Below, in pieces: positions 44,670-53,365 of a DNA stretch of 64,000 bases; the first letter of the stretch is position 1; the number at the start of each line of letters is the position of its first letter. Below the pieces are notes generated by a model. The model saw only the letters and a list, made by a program, of their open reading frames with translations. It was not told where the DNA came from and did no database searches. Made by a program: the position numbers and the translations under genes. The DNA comes from an uncultured Acidobacteriota bacterium (GTDB lineage: Bacteria > Acidobacteriota > UBA6911). The DNA lies in assembly GCA_963827655.1 (NCBI GenBank), contig CAWHCF010000008.1:160001-224000 (forward strand). The letters run 5' to 3'.

Positions 44670-45212
44670 TCAGGGCTTTTCCAGCCGTTGAGCTTCCCGG
44701 AAGCACTCGATGGCTTTATCCATCTGGTTAAGGTTCTTGTACAGATAGCCTTTTTCTTTCCAAATGGTTGCGCGGCTTGACGTTGTCTTGAATGCCTTCT
44801 GGTTGTTTTCCAGGAGCTGTATGCCCAGGGCGGACTGGTTCTGGATGCGAAATTGATCTGAGAAGCGTATGAGTTCTTTCAGCAATACCGGCTCCTCTTC
44901 AACGGGCCACTTCATATCAAAGATCTTCGATGCTTCCTGGGCGGCTTTGGAGAATTCTTTCTTGCTGAGCAGCAGCATGACGATCTCGTGTTGCGCCTCG
45001 GCGATGCTGCGCATCTTCTTGAGCGAGGCGGTATCCGCCTGCGTGGGACGGTGGAAGGAATACGAAGTGAGAATTACGCAGAGAAAGGCCGCGGCGAAAG
45101 CGAAGACTCTAAGGTTCGTTCGGGGACTTCGCCCCGAACGAAAGGCCCCCTTGTGAACGACAACATGTTGGGTTGAAGGTTTCGCTAAGCGCCTAAGCAG
45201 CAACGGGATCAT
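44670..45212 (-). CDS. Membrane-anchored or secreted TPR protein
   Basis: Hydrophobic segment followed by a helical region ending in TPR-like KGYLYKNLNQMDKAIECFREA. Confidence 0.6.
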   Translation of the reverse strand: MIPLLLRRLAKPSTQHVVVHKGAFRSGRSPRTNLRVFAFAAAFLCVILTSYSFHRPTQADTASLKKMRSIAEAQHEIVMLLLSKKEFSKAAQEASKIFDMKWPVEEEPVLLKELIRFSDQFRIQNQSALGIQLLENNQKAFKTTSSRATIWKEKGYLYKNLNQMDKAIECFREAQRLEKP

Positions 45213-45733
45213 CGGCCGCGCTCTCGGAAGGGGTTGTCGGATGACTCCTCATCTGGCGTCCGAACAAACGGGTTATCCGAGGACTTCTGAAATGACGCAG
45301 CTTTGGGCGAACGGTCCTCCGACTCGCGCTTTTCGAAATACTCGGTCATATATTGATGGAACGTATCATCGGGTTGCAGGCTTCGAAGGTACGCCCAGAT
45401 GCCTAAGGTGAGTAACAGGGTTGCAACGACGGCAGTGGCTGCGGTGAGCCATCGCTTCGCGTATAGGATCTCGAGGAATCCCGTGGATCTCGGTTCCATT
45501 TCCAGGGAGGAAATCTGCACTCGGATGTTATCCCACAACTCAGACCGCGGCGTCAGCTCGCGTATATTGTTGGTAATAAGGCTTTCAGCTTCTCTGAGAC
45601 TAGCGAGCTCTCGATTGCAAGGTTCACAGTGATCGACGTGCAATTTCACCCTTCGTGCATATCTATTTGAGAGCTCACGGTCCAGATAGGCAGTCAGGTT
45701 TTCCATGCATTCTCGGCAGTCCATAAGCACCAC
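45209..45733 (-). CDS. Anti-sigma factor (zf-HC2, single TM)
   Basis: MDCREC..AYLDREL..HVDHCEPC (HxxxCxxC) plus a TM helix. Confidence 0.9.
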   Translation of the reverse strand: MVLMDCRECMENLTAYLDRELSNRYARRVKLHVDHCEPCNRELASLREAESLITNNIRELTPRSELWDNIRVQISSLEMEPRSTGFLEILYAKRWLTAATAVVATLLLTLGIWAYLRSLQPDDTFHQYMTEYFEKRESEDRSPKAASFQKSSDNPFVRTPDEESSDNPFRERGR

Positions 45734-45747
45734 ACCTTCGTAAACGT

Positions 45748-46488
45748 TTACATCTTGAGGTAGCCCTTGACCCGCTTTCGAACTTCAAGTCGGGCCCGAT
45801 GAATGTCGGTCTTCACGCTCGGGAGACTGCGGCCGACGATCTCAGCCACTTCCTGGTAACTCATATGACGCATGGCTGACAGGACGAACACTTCCCGATA
45901 TTTCTCCGGCAGATCCGAAACCACTTCTTGAATCACCTTGTCCAGTTCCTCTGACTGAAACGCCTCGTCAGGAGTCTTTCTCTCGTCAACAAGTTGTGTC
46001 ACCAGCTGACCATCCTCATCAAGTGCATCCAGCGAGACGGAGGACGGCGGTCGGCTTCGATATCGCTGGTAGACGAAATTGCGCGCAATCCGAAACAACC
46101 ACGGCTCAAACTTCGCGTTATCTTTAAGCGATCCCAGTTTTTGATAAACCGTTACAAAAGTCTCTTGTGTAAGATCCTCCGCTTCTTCGACGGAATTTAC
46201 CATCCTGTAGATAAAGTTCAAGACCTTGCGAGAAAACTGGTCGTATAATTTCTGGTAGTCGCTGGCATCACCTTTCTTCGCGCGTTTGATCCATTGAATC
46301 AGGAGTTCAGCATCGACCGCAGCGCTACCAGGAGCCGAGTTCGTGTTGGTCAAACTGGACTCAAAAAAGCCTGATCCAGGCGGATTCAAAAAGTTGCGGA
46401 AAGGTTCAAATAAATTCTTCGTCAACAAAGTTGGAGCCGACATCGATAACCTGACTATCTCCAGCGAGTTCTCCCCCATCGGCGTCAT
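45748..46488 (-). CDS. ECF sigma factor 2 (start uncertain)
   Basis: AEDLTQETF, WLFRIARN, LPEKYREVF, SYQEVAEI..VKTDIHRAR. Confidence 0.93.
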   Translation of the reverse strand: MTPMGENSLEIVRLSMSAPTLLTKNLFEPFRNFLNPPGSGFFESSLTNTNSAPGSAAVDAELLIQWIKRAKKGDASDYQKLYDQFSRKVLNFIYRMVNSVEEAEDLTQETFVTVYQKLGSLKDNAKFEPWLFRIARNFVYQRYRSRPPSSVSLDALDEDGQLVTQLVDERKTPDEAFQSEELDKVIQEVVSDLPEKYREVFVLSAMRHMSYQEVAEIVGRSLPSVKTDIHRARLEVRKRVKGYLKM

Positions 46489-46799
46489 TCTAATATCACG
46501 GCGGTCCCGTAAGCCATGATTTCCGCAGCCCCGTGTGTTACATAGCTGGTCGAGAAGCGCAGCCCTACTACCGCATTGGCGCCCAGCGACCTGGCTTCCT
46601 CGACCATGCGGTCCAGCGCCTGCTCGCGCGACTGGGCGATGACTTCGGTATACTCAGCGAGCTCGCCACCAACCAGGTTTTTGAGAAAGGCCATCACATC
46701 CTTTCCGAGATGCCGGGCGCGAACCGTATTCCCCTTCACGACGCCCAGCGTTTGAGCAACGCCGCGGCCGCTGACTTGATCGGTGGTGACGATGATCAT
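46485..46799 (-). CDS. YbjQ (UPF0145) family protein
   Basis: LKNLVGGEL, GANAVVGLRF, AYGTAV. Confidence 0.93.
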   Translation of the reverse strand: MIIVTTDQVSGRGVAQTLGVVKGNTVRARHLGKDVMAFLKNLVGGELAEYTEVIAQSREQALDRMVEEARSLGANAVVGLRFSTSYVTHGAAEIMAYGTAVILE

Positions 46800-47242
46800 C
46801 GCTTGATCCTTTCGTACTTGTCCGACTTCGAGATGAACAACCTTTCCCGAAGCACCGAGATCAGCAGAGTGCAGAACCCTCCCACCAATGCTATGACACC
46901 CACCCGGATCAGGATCGGAATATTCCTGCCGAAGATGAATGTCTCACCAAGCGTGTAGATGGCATAGGCTAGCAGTATGATCGACCCTATCGAGACCAGG
47001 ATCCACCCTACCTTTCGCTCCAGGCGGTTGTACACACTCGCCCAGTATTGGTCCCAGTGCTTGTCCTCCGGGGTTATCACCCTCATGTCGTGGGTAACCT
47101 CCTTCAATTTGCGAAATTCTTGAAGCTCGTTGGTGCAATCGCCGCACTTCTGAAGATGTCTCTCGACCCGTTGAGCCTCCAGTTCGGTCAGTTCTTCGTC
47201 CAGATAGCCCATCAGCAGAGGTTTGAAAGTGTCACAGGACAT
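46796..47242 (-). CDS. Anti-sigma factor (zf-HC2, two TM helices)
   Basis: MSC..MGYLDEEL..HLQKCGDC followed by two hydrophobic helices. Confidence 0.9.
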   Translation of the reverse strand: MSCDTFKPLLMGYLDEELTELEAQRVERHLQKCGDCTNELQEFRKLKEVTHDMRVITPEDKHWDQYWASVYNRLERKVGWILVSIGSIILLAYAIYTLGETFIFGRNIPILIRVGVIALVGGFCTLLISVLRERLFISKSDKYERIKR

Positions 47243-47250
47243 GCGTCTCT

Positions 47251-47823
47251 CTAGTAGCGAACGCCCATTTTTTCAAGTTCGCGGCGCAAAGCCTGTCGTG
47301 CGCCGTACAGTCGCGACATGACGGTTCCGATCGGAACTCCGAGCAGATTGGCAATCTCCTGGTACGAGAAATCCTGAAAATGCTGAAGGATGATAATCTC
47401 TCGGTCCCTCGGCCGCAGGCAGCGCAAGGCCTGGCCGATCTTCTTCTCGAGATCTCTGCGCACCACGTATTTTTCAGGACTCACGGTTTCGACGGGAATT
47501 GGAATCTGACCCTCTTCTTCTTCCATGGCGTCAATTGACCTTTCCCGCCGCCGTCGAACACGGTTGAGATGGTTCATGCAAAGGTTCTTCAGAATACTAT
47601 AGAACCACGGGAAGAAGTTCTTGGAGGTATCAAATCGCCGGATGTGCCTGAAGGCATTGACGAAAGCATCCTGGGAGATATCCATGGCGTCCTCAGGCAC
47701 TCCAACGTATCCCAGGGCAACATAATAAGCCGGCTTCATATATTTTTGCACGATTAAGGCGAACGCCTCCCGATCGCCACTTTTGCAGCGTTCGATGGCT
47801 GATGCTTCGTCGTTGACTATCAT
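47251..47823 (-). CDS. ECF sigma factor 1
   Basis: DISQDAFV, FFPWFYSILKN, SYQEIANLLGVPIGTVMSRL; GGAG RBS before ATG 47823. Confidence 0.95.
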   Translation of the reverse strand: MIVNDEASAIERCKSGDREAFALIVQKYMKPAYYVALGYVGVPEDAMDISQDAFVNAFRHIRRFDTSKNFFPWFYSILKNLCMNHLNRVRRRRERSIDAMEEEEGQIPIPVETVSPEKYVVRRDLEKKIGQALRCLRPRDREIIILQHFQDFSYQEIANLLGVPIGTVMSRLYGARQALRRELEKMGVRY

Positions 47824-47846
47824 AATCTCCCTGGCCACCGCTCTAT

Positions 47847-47871
47847 AACGTTCGCCCCGGGAAATTGTTCC
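47847..47871 (-). promoter_or_regulatory. ECF-type promoter for the sigma/anti-sigma operon
   Basis: GGAAC-N16-CGTT on the minus strand. Confidence 0.7.
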
Positions 47872-47892
47872 GGCTTGGTCCTTCTAAAATGT

Positions 47893-47917
47893 GGAACTCC
47901 TCACAGGTCATATCGTG
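47893..47917 (+). promoter_or_regulatory. ECF-type promoter for the PDZ gene
   Basis: GGAAC-N16-CGTG. Confidence 0.65.
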
Positions 47918-47966
47918 TAATTGGCTGGAATAATGAGTATCTGGGTCACCTGAATTGGAGGAATGC

Positions 47967-48866
47967 ATGGACAGTCGTGTTTTGGACAGCCGCTTTAAAA
48001 CGAGCGTCCTGGCTTTGGTTTTGGCGGCCATCCTGCCTGCCGGGCTTGAAGCTTCGCCACAGCAGGGCGTTTTTCGTGTAAACCCTTTTATGGCGGGCTC
48101 ATACCTGGGAATCGAGATGGAGAACGTCACTGCCGACAATATGAGTTCGTACAAGCTGAGTGCCGAACTGGGCGTTATAGTTCGGACGGTCGAGAAAGGA
48201 AGCCCTGCGGAAGCTGCTAACTTACGGGAGAAGGACGTCATAGTGGAATACGCCGGTATGCCTGTTTTCTCTACGATGCAACTGACGCGTCTGGTACAGG
48301 AAACCCCTGAGGGACGCACAGTCAATCTGGTTATCAGCCGCGACGGCAAGAAGTTGGATCTTAATGTCAAGATGGGCAAAAGGGAAGGACCTCTGAGCCT
48401 GGGAGAGAGGCCCGGGTTTGATCATGACCGGAACTGGGGGTTCGGGGGCCCCGGCGGAAGATCGTTTGGCTTTGAAGTCCCGGAGGGTAGGCTCCCCTTT
48501 GGCTTCTCCTTTCCTCCCGGTCGCGACGGAGAAATCATCCGCCCCGATAGACCGCGTCTCGGAGTAACGCTTCAGTCTCTTACCGATCAAATGGGGGAAT
48601 ACCTGGGCGTCCCCGACAGGAAAGGCGCCCTGGTCACCTCAGTTGTGGAAGGGTCCGCCGCCGCCGCGGCTAACATCAAAGCTGGCGACGTCATCGTAAG
48701 AGCAGGAGAAAGGGTCATCGCGGATCCGGATGATCTGTTGCGTGCGATTCGACAGAAAGATCAAGGTGAAAAGCTCGAACTCAAGGCGATTCGGGACAAG
48801 AAAGAAATCTCCCTGACCGTCGAGCTGCCAAAAGACGGAAAGAAGCCGGGCGGTTTCAGCCTGTAG
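47967..48866 (+). CDS. Secreted tandem-PDZ protein without protease domain
   Basis: Signal peptide and two PDZ domains (YLGI..GSPAEAANL; RLGV..GSAAAAANIKAGDVI) joined by a Gly/Phe-rich linker. Confidence 0.88.
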   Translation: MDSRVLDSRFKTSVLALVLAAILPAGLEASPQQGVFRVNPFMAGSYLGIEMENVTADNMSSYKLSAELGVIVRTVEKGSPAEAANLREKDVIVEYAGMPVFSTMQLTRLVQETPEGRTVNLVISRDGKKLDLNVKMGKREGPLSLGERPGFDHDRNWGFGGPGGRSFGFEVPEGRLPFGFSFPPGRDGEIIRPDRPRLGVTLQSLTDQMGEYLGVPDRKGALVTSVVEGSAAAAANIKAGDVIVRAGERVIADPDDLLRAIRQKDQGEKLELKAIRDKKEISLTVELPKDGKKPGGFSL

Positions 48867-48897
48867 TTGGCTTCCAGGCCTTGCCTCTCCTTTACGA

Positions 48898-48952
48898 CTT
48901 CGTGTCTTGGTGATGAGCCTTGATTTGAAGGCTCTTTCACCAAGACGTGAAG
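48898..48952. repeat. Long intergenic hairpin (REP-like or terminator)
   Basis: CTTCGTGTCTTGGTGA pairs with TCACCAAGACGTGAAG, with an inner GAGCCTT/AAGGCTC stem. Confidence 0.55.
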
Positions 48953-49015
48953 ACTAGACTCCACCGCATCCCCATGCCCCCAGCCACGTCGAGAATAGGT
49001 TTGATATTTTTCGGC

Positions 49016-49071
49016 TTGACTTTCACCTTTTCATCACCTAAAGTCCGTGGCTGTAGAAAAGGTGAAAGTCA
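49016..49071 (+). promoter_or_regulatory. lexA promoter with candidate operator
   Basis: TTGACT-N17-TAAAGT. A 16-bp perfect inverted repeat TGACTTTCACCTTTTC/GAAAAGGTGAAAGTCA overlaps the -35 and the RBS. Confidence 0.7.
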
Positions 49072-49674
49072 TGAAACTAACCAAGCGTCAAAAAGAGATC
49101 CTGGATTTCATAGCGGCGTTCATTCAGCGCGAGGGCTACTCTCCGAGCATGGTGGAAATCGCCAGCCACTTCCGGTTTGCTTCTCTCAACGCGGTTTTCA
49201 AGCACCTGGCATCCCTTGAGGCAAGAGGGCACTTGCGCCGCGATGCAAAACGCGCTCGCTCTATCGAGCTTTCGACTTCAAGAAGCTCCGCGATTCAAGT
49301 CTTACCTTTCCTGGGCTACGTTTCCGCCGGCGCCGATCGAGGCGGTGTCAAACTCAGAGAGTCTGCGGATACCGGATGATCTGGTAGCGGGTCTCGGCCC
49401 GCACTATGTCTTGCGGGTTCAAGGTGAGTCGATGATCGATGATCACATTGCCGATGGTGACTATGTCATCGTCGAATCCCGCGAGGTGGCGCATAACGGT
49501 GAAATGGTGGTAGCTCTCATAGACGGTGAGAACGTCACCCTGAAAAGATTTTACAAAGAAGGAACCAACGTTCGTCTCCAACCGGCGAACCCTGGTCTTG
49601 ATCCCCTTGTGGTGGAGGCGAGTCGCGTCAGAATTCAGGGCATTGTGGCAGCCATCATGCGGAAGTATCGCTGA
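49071..49674 (+). CDS. lexA: SOS repressor LexA (frameshift near 49331)
   Basis: LTKRQKEIL..GYSPS..EIA HTH up to the VSAG cleavage site in one frame; PIEA..LRVQGESM..TLKR (Ser/Lys dyad) in the next. Confidence 0.9.
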
Positions 49675-49690
49675 CCAAGGAGTGACGACA

Positions 49691-49894
49691 ATGAAGCATA
49701 TGTACCGAGTGACGATTCACGGGCGAACTCTGGAGAACTGCGATGTACGAAAACTCCTGGCTCGCGCCGTACAGGAGAAGAAGAGCATGGAACGGGTTTT
49801 GCGGTTTCTTTGCTCACAGAAAAGGCCTCCGCAGGACGACTTCGACACATATGAGCTCGAGTTGGATTTGCCCATTTCGAGGTCTGGAGGTTAG
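49691..49894 (+). CDS. Small hypothetical protein co-oriented with lexA
   Basis: AAGGAG RBS; 67 codons; tightly packed between lexA and the next gene. Confidence 0.5.
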   Translation: MKHMYRVTIHGRTLENCDVRKLLARAVQEKKSMERVLRFLCSQKRPPQDDFDTYELELDLPISRSGG

Positions 49895-49902
49895 GAGACA
49901 CG

Positions 49903-50697
49903 ATGCATGCCTCAAGATCGAGTTGGCGCTCTGTTCCGGCGCTCGTTTCACAAACGGGCTGCGCCAACTGCCATGGAACAGGATGGGAACTCTTCGACGT
50001 GGCAGGGAAATCGCAAGCGCGAAGATGTTCCTGTTTTGTCTTCGATCGTATGCTCAAACTGAAAGAGCAAGTTTACATTCCTCATCAGTACCAACACTGC
50101 AACTTCGGCAACTTTCGTCCGGGAACCTCTTCGCAGTTTCGTGCTCTAGCAGAAGCTCGCCGATTCGCTGAGCGATTCCCACTGGTGTCGCGGGGACTCT
50201 TCCTTACTGGAGAGCCGATGAGTGGCAAGACCCACCTGGCCGTCGCTATCCTGCGCGAGCTTTTCCACAGGTTTCAAGACGATATCTTGTTCTCGAGCTT
50301 TGACGATCTCGTGTCCTTTTACAGCTCCGCTCGGCGCAGGCAGGAACAGAGGACTCATTGGGAACGTCTGAAAGGCGTTTCCCTTCTGGTCTTGGATGGT
50401 TTTGGTTTGTCGCGTTGCTCCGGCGAGGCGGTCGAATTGACTCAAGAACTCATTCACGCCAGGGCAGGCATCAAACGGAAGACGATTTACACGGGCGGAA
50501 GCGTTCATTGTCAAGCGCTGTTCGGTCAGAAGCGAAGTGAAAGCAGCCGTTTTTCAGAGACACAGGAGCTGCTTGCGTCACTTCCAACTCACACGTCGAT
50601 GTGCCTCTTCACAGAGGTGCGCACTCTCAAAGTCCAGGGAGATCCGGGAGTCAATGAATCAAGGAGAAAAAAACTCTTTGTGATGCCTGGATTCTGA
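49903..50697 (+). CDS. DnaC/IstB-like AAA+ protein with N-terminal Zn-finger
   Basis: CANCHGTGW..RCSC, GLFLTGEPMSGKTHLA Walker A, degenerate Walker B LLVLDGFG; AGGAG RBS. Confidence 0.8.
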   Translation: MHASRSSWRSVPALVSQTGCANCHGTGWELFDVAGKSQARRCSCFVFDRMLKLKEQVYIPHQYQHCNFGNFRPGTSSQFRALAEARRFAERFPLVSRGLFLTGEPMSGKTHLAVAILRELFHRFQDDILFSSFDDLVSFYSSARRRQEQRTHWERLKGVSLLVLDGFGLSRCSGEAVELTQELIHARAGIKRKTIYTGGSVHCQALFGQKRSESSRFSETQELLASLPTHTSMCLFTEVRTLKVQGDPGVNESRRKKLFVMPGF

Positions 50698-51105
50698 CGC
50701 TGGGACATTGCGGCGCGGCAGGGGTTTGCCTCGTTTGCACATAGTTTAAGCAAACAGGTAACATCATTTTTGGAATCAAGCAATTGCCCCTGTCTAAAAA
50801 TCGATTTCCACGTACTTTTCCACAGAACTTGTGAAAATCTCTTGAGCATCCCCCGAGGTAATTTCAAGTCTCTCTCGCTGAACGGGTTCCGCCTTGGAAA
50901 GAAAGCTGCGAAACTTTGCTTCGTCAGTGTCCATCCGGTATTGTTGTTTCGGCAATAGGCCTTGGTTTCTTTGCTCGTGACTTGCGCCGTTAACTTCGGT
51001 TTCGCCGCACTCACCACTGGGACAGCGAAGACGCGAAGAAGAACGACAAAGGCGATCGCCAAGTTTTCCAAACGGACCTTTGGCTTGTGAGAGGACAAGG
51101 ACGTC

Positions 51106-51726
51106 ATGCTTAAGCTCTTTACGAAGACAGAAGAGAAGTTCTTCGGAATCTTCAACCAGATGGTGGTTCACATTTCAGAAGCCGTCGAGATTCTGCTAAG
51201 GATGGTAAGTGAGCCGGCGGGAGAAATGCAGGCCCTGGCTGTCAGAATCAAGGATCTGGAACACAAGGGCGATGACTTAACCCATCGTGTCATCGATGAA
51301 TTGAATAAGACGTTCATCACGCCGATCGATCGAGAGGACATTCATGATCTTTCTATCGCCCTCGACGATGTTCTGGATCTCATCGACGCCACTGCCGCCA
51401 GAATCGTGCTCTTTCAGATCCACGAAAGTATTCCGTCGGCCCCGGAAATGTCGAAAGTTCTACTCAGCCAGGTGAAAGAAATCTCGGCCGCCGTGAAGAA
51501 ACTGCAAGACAACGATCACGTTGTGGAGCGATGTATCGAAATCAACCGGCTGGAGAATGATGCCGACCGCTTGTTCCAGACCGCCATAGCTCGGCTGTTC
51601 AACGAGGCCAAGGATCCGATTGACGTGATCAAAAAGAAGGAGATTATTGAAACTCTTGAACGAGCCACGGACAAAGCGGAGGACGTCGCTAATGTGCTCC
51701 AGACGATCGTTGTGAAGAATGCCTAG
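51106..51726 (+). CDS. DUF47 (PhoU-like Pit accessory) protein
   Basis: LEHKGD, TFITPIDREDI, LENDAD, LERATDKAEDVA. Confidence 0.92.
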   Translation: MLKLFTKTEEKFFGIFNQMVVHISEAVEILLRMVSEPAGEMQALAVRIKDLEHKGDDLTHRVIDELNKTFITPIDREDIHDLSIALDDVLDLIDATAARIVLFQIHESIPSAPEMSKVLLSQVKEISAAVKKLQDNDHVVERCIEINRLENDADRLFQTAIARLFNEAKDPIDVIKKKEIIETLERATDKAEDVANVLQTIVVKNA

Positions 51727-51796
51727 CACAGGTTGTCCTGGCATTTGGGCTTGGCACCGTGGTCGGGAGAGGTTTCGAGGAAGTAAGGAATCGGGT

Positions 51797-52783
51797 TCAG
51801 GGCGCAGCTCTGTGTATGGAACCGCGAGCCGCTAGCTCGGCGAGGCTTTCGCCTATTCCGACGAGAAGGTCCCCATTTTCCACCTGAGCTCGCCAGTTTT
51901 CCGGAATCGACTTTGAGCCCGCAAAGGCACCCACAAAGCTTCCAGTCAGAGCTCCTACCGAGTCGGCCGCGTCACCCGCGTTAACAGCCGACAAAACAGC
52001 ACTGCTGAACTGCTTCGGATGTTTCAGGAAACAGAATATCGCTGCCGGTATCGCTTCTATGGCATCCGCGCTGGTACCAACCTCAAAGAGAGCTTCCTCT
52101 GATGAAAGGTGTGTGATCTGCGTAACCCAGCGCAGCACTCCAGCCGTGTCCGGATCGACTGAAGCGACCCGGTCTGCCGTTTCGAGGACCTGATCGCCCG
52201 GTGAAGAACGGTCGTTGGCCTGGACCAGTCTTGCGACCAGATAAGCGACCGCGATTGAAGCGGCGCGAGCCCTTGGTTCCGTGTGAGTTATGCTGCAGGC
52301 ATCCAGCGCCGCCCTGGTGAGAGCCTCGGGACTGTCGTGAAAGTACAGGCCTAAAGGGGGCATACGCACGGCCGCGCCACAACCACTGCTGAATACCCCG
52401 CTCTTGGTCCAGGCTCGTCCGGTTGAAAGGTGCTTGCATGCTCGGAGGTTGGCCCGCATCGGCGTGCGATGGGGAAGGGTGTTGAGATACCAGGAGAGGA
52501 GAGCGTCCGCCTGCCTGGCAGGATCCATTTTCCGACATTCGATCAGGCACTCTGCGGTGGCCAGCATCATCTGCGTGTCGTCGGTGTAGCACCCCGACGC
52601 GAGAAAGTCGCTGGCGTGTCCCGGATGGGCCTTCACAAAGTCGGAGACAGGTTTCCCGTAGTAGCGCTTTATTTGGCCTCGCGTAAGAAACTGGGTGGGC
52701 ATTCCCAGTGCGTCGCCGATGCCGAACCCCAGGATAGCGCCCACGAAGCGGCTGGTGAATTGTGGGTTGGGCTCTTCTAACAT
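51797..52783 (-). CDS. ADP-ribosylglycohydrolase family protein
   Basis: GDALG, YTDDTQM, GCGAAVR, ITH, GDAADSVG; start approximate. Confidence 0.9.
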   Translation of the reverse strand: MLEEPNPQFTSRFVGAILGFGIGDALGMPTQFLTRGQIKRYYGKPVSDFVKAHPGHASDFLASGCYTDDTQMMLATAECLIECRKMDPARQADALLSWYLNTLPHRTPMRANLRACKHLSTGRAWTKSGVFSSGCGAAVRMPPLGLYFHDSPEALTRAALDACSITHTEPRARAASIAVAYLVARLVQANDRSSPGDQVLETADRVASVDPDTAGVLRWVTQITHLSSEEALFEVGTSADAIEAIPAAIFCFLKHPKQFSSAVLSAVNAGDAADSVGALTGSFVGAFAGSKSIPENWRAQVENGDLLVGIGESLAELAARGSIHRAAP

Positions 52784-53365
52784 CTTGCTTTCCGAAATCA
52801 TCCGGATTATAGCACTTTCGTCACGCACCGATTTTGTATCTATGCAATGAGTCTCAGCCTGGTTCGTGTACAGTGGTAATGGATACGGTTGCCGGCATTG
52901 TTTCGCGATCGGAATCCTGCCAAGGACGGGTGCTTGGCTCGCGCGGGAATAACTCATCTTCCGGCGCGAGAGCCGGTCAATTCCTTGAACCCCGCATTCT
53001 GTTACCTGCGCGTAGTCGGGCACCACGGGATCGCGCCCTTCGGGCTGCGGGCCGCAAGCCTGGTTGCTCGCGCTTCACTTACCTCTCGGGTCCGCATCGA
53101 CGCTCTCGCCTCGCCGGCTTGGGGCCTGGCCGCAGACACAACGGGGCCGTGATGCCCGCCTGCGATGCCTTGCACATCGCTAAAACGGCGGATCGGCATG
53201 GCTGGGGAAACGCTTCGCGTCCGAGGAGCTCGACCCGGCTGATGTCCACCTGCTGGCGGTAACGTCGTGGCGGAAGTGCAGGCACTCGTGCCTGGTGCGT
53301 CTTCCGTGTTCAAGGTTGGCGAGAACACCGCCAGACCGGGAGGAGTTTGATGCGAGGCACAACGA

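Noticed and set aside
49903-50697. IS21 element or prophage suggested by the IstB/DnaC-like gene
   Set aside because: No istA transposase, terminal repeats, integrase or phage genes nearby.
52830-53365. About 500 bp of GC-rich intergenic DNA with local hairpins (possible ncRNA)
   Set aside because: I recognise no known RNA family or credible ORF. An Rfam or covariation search would be needed.
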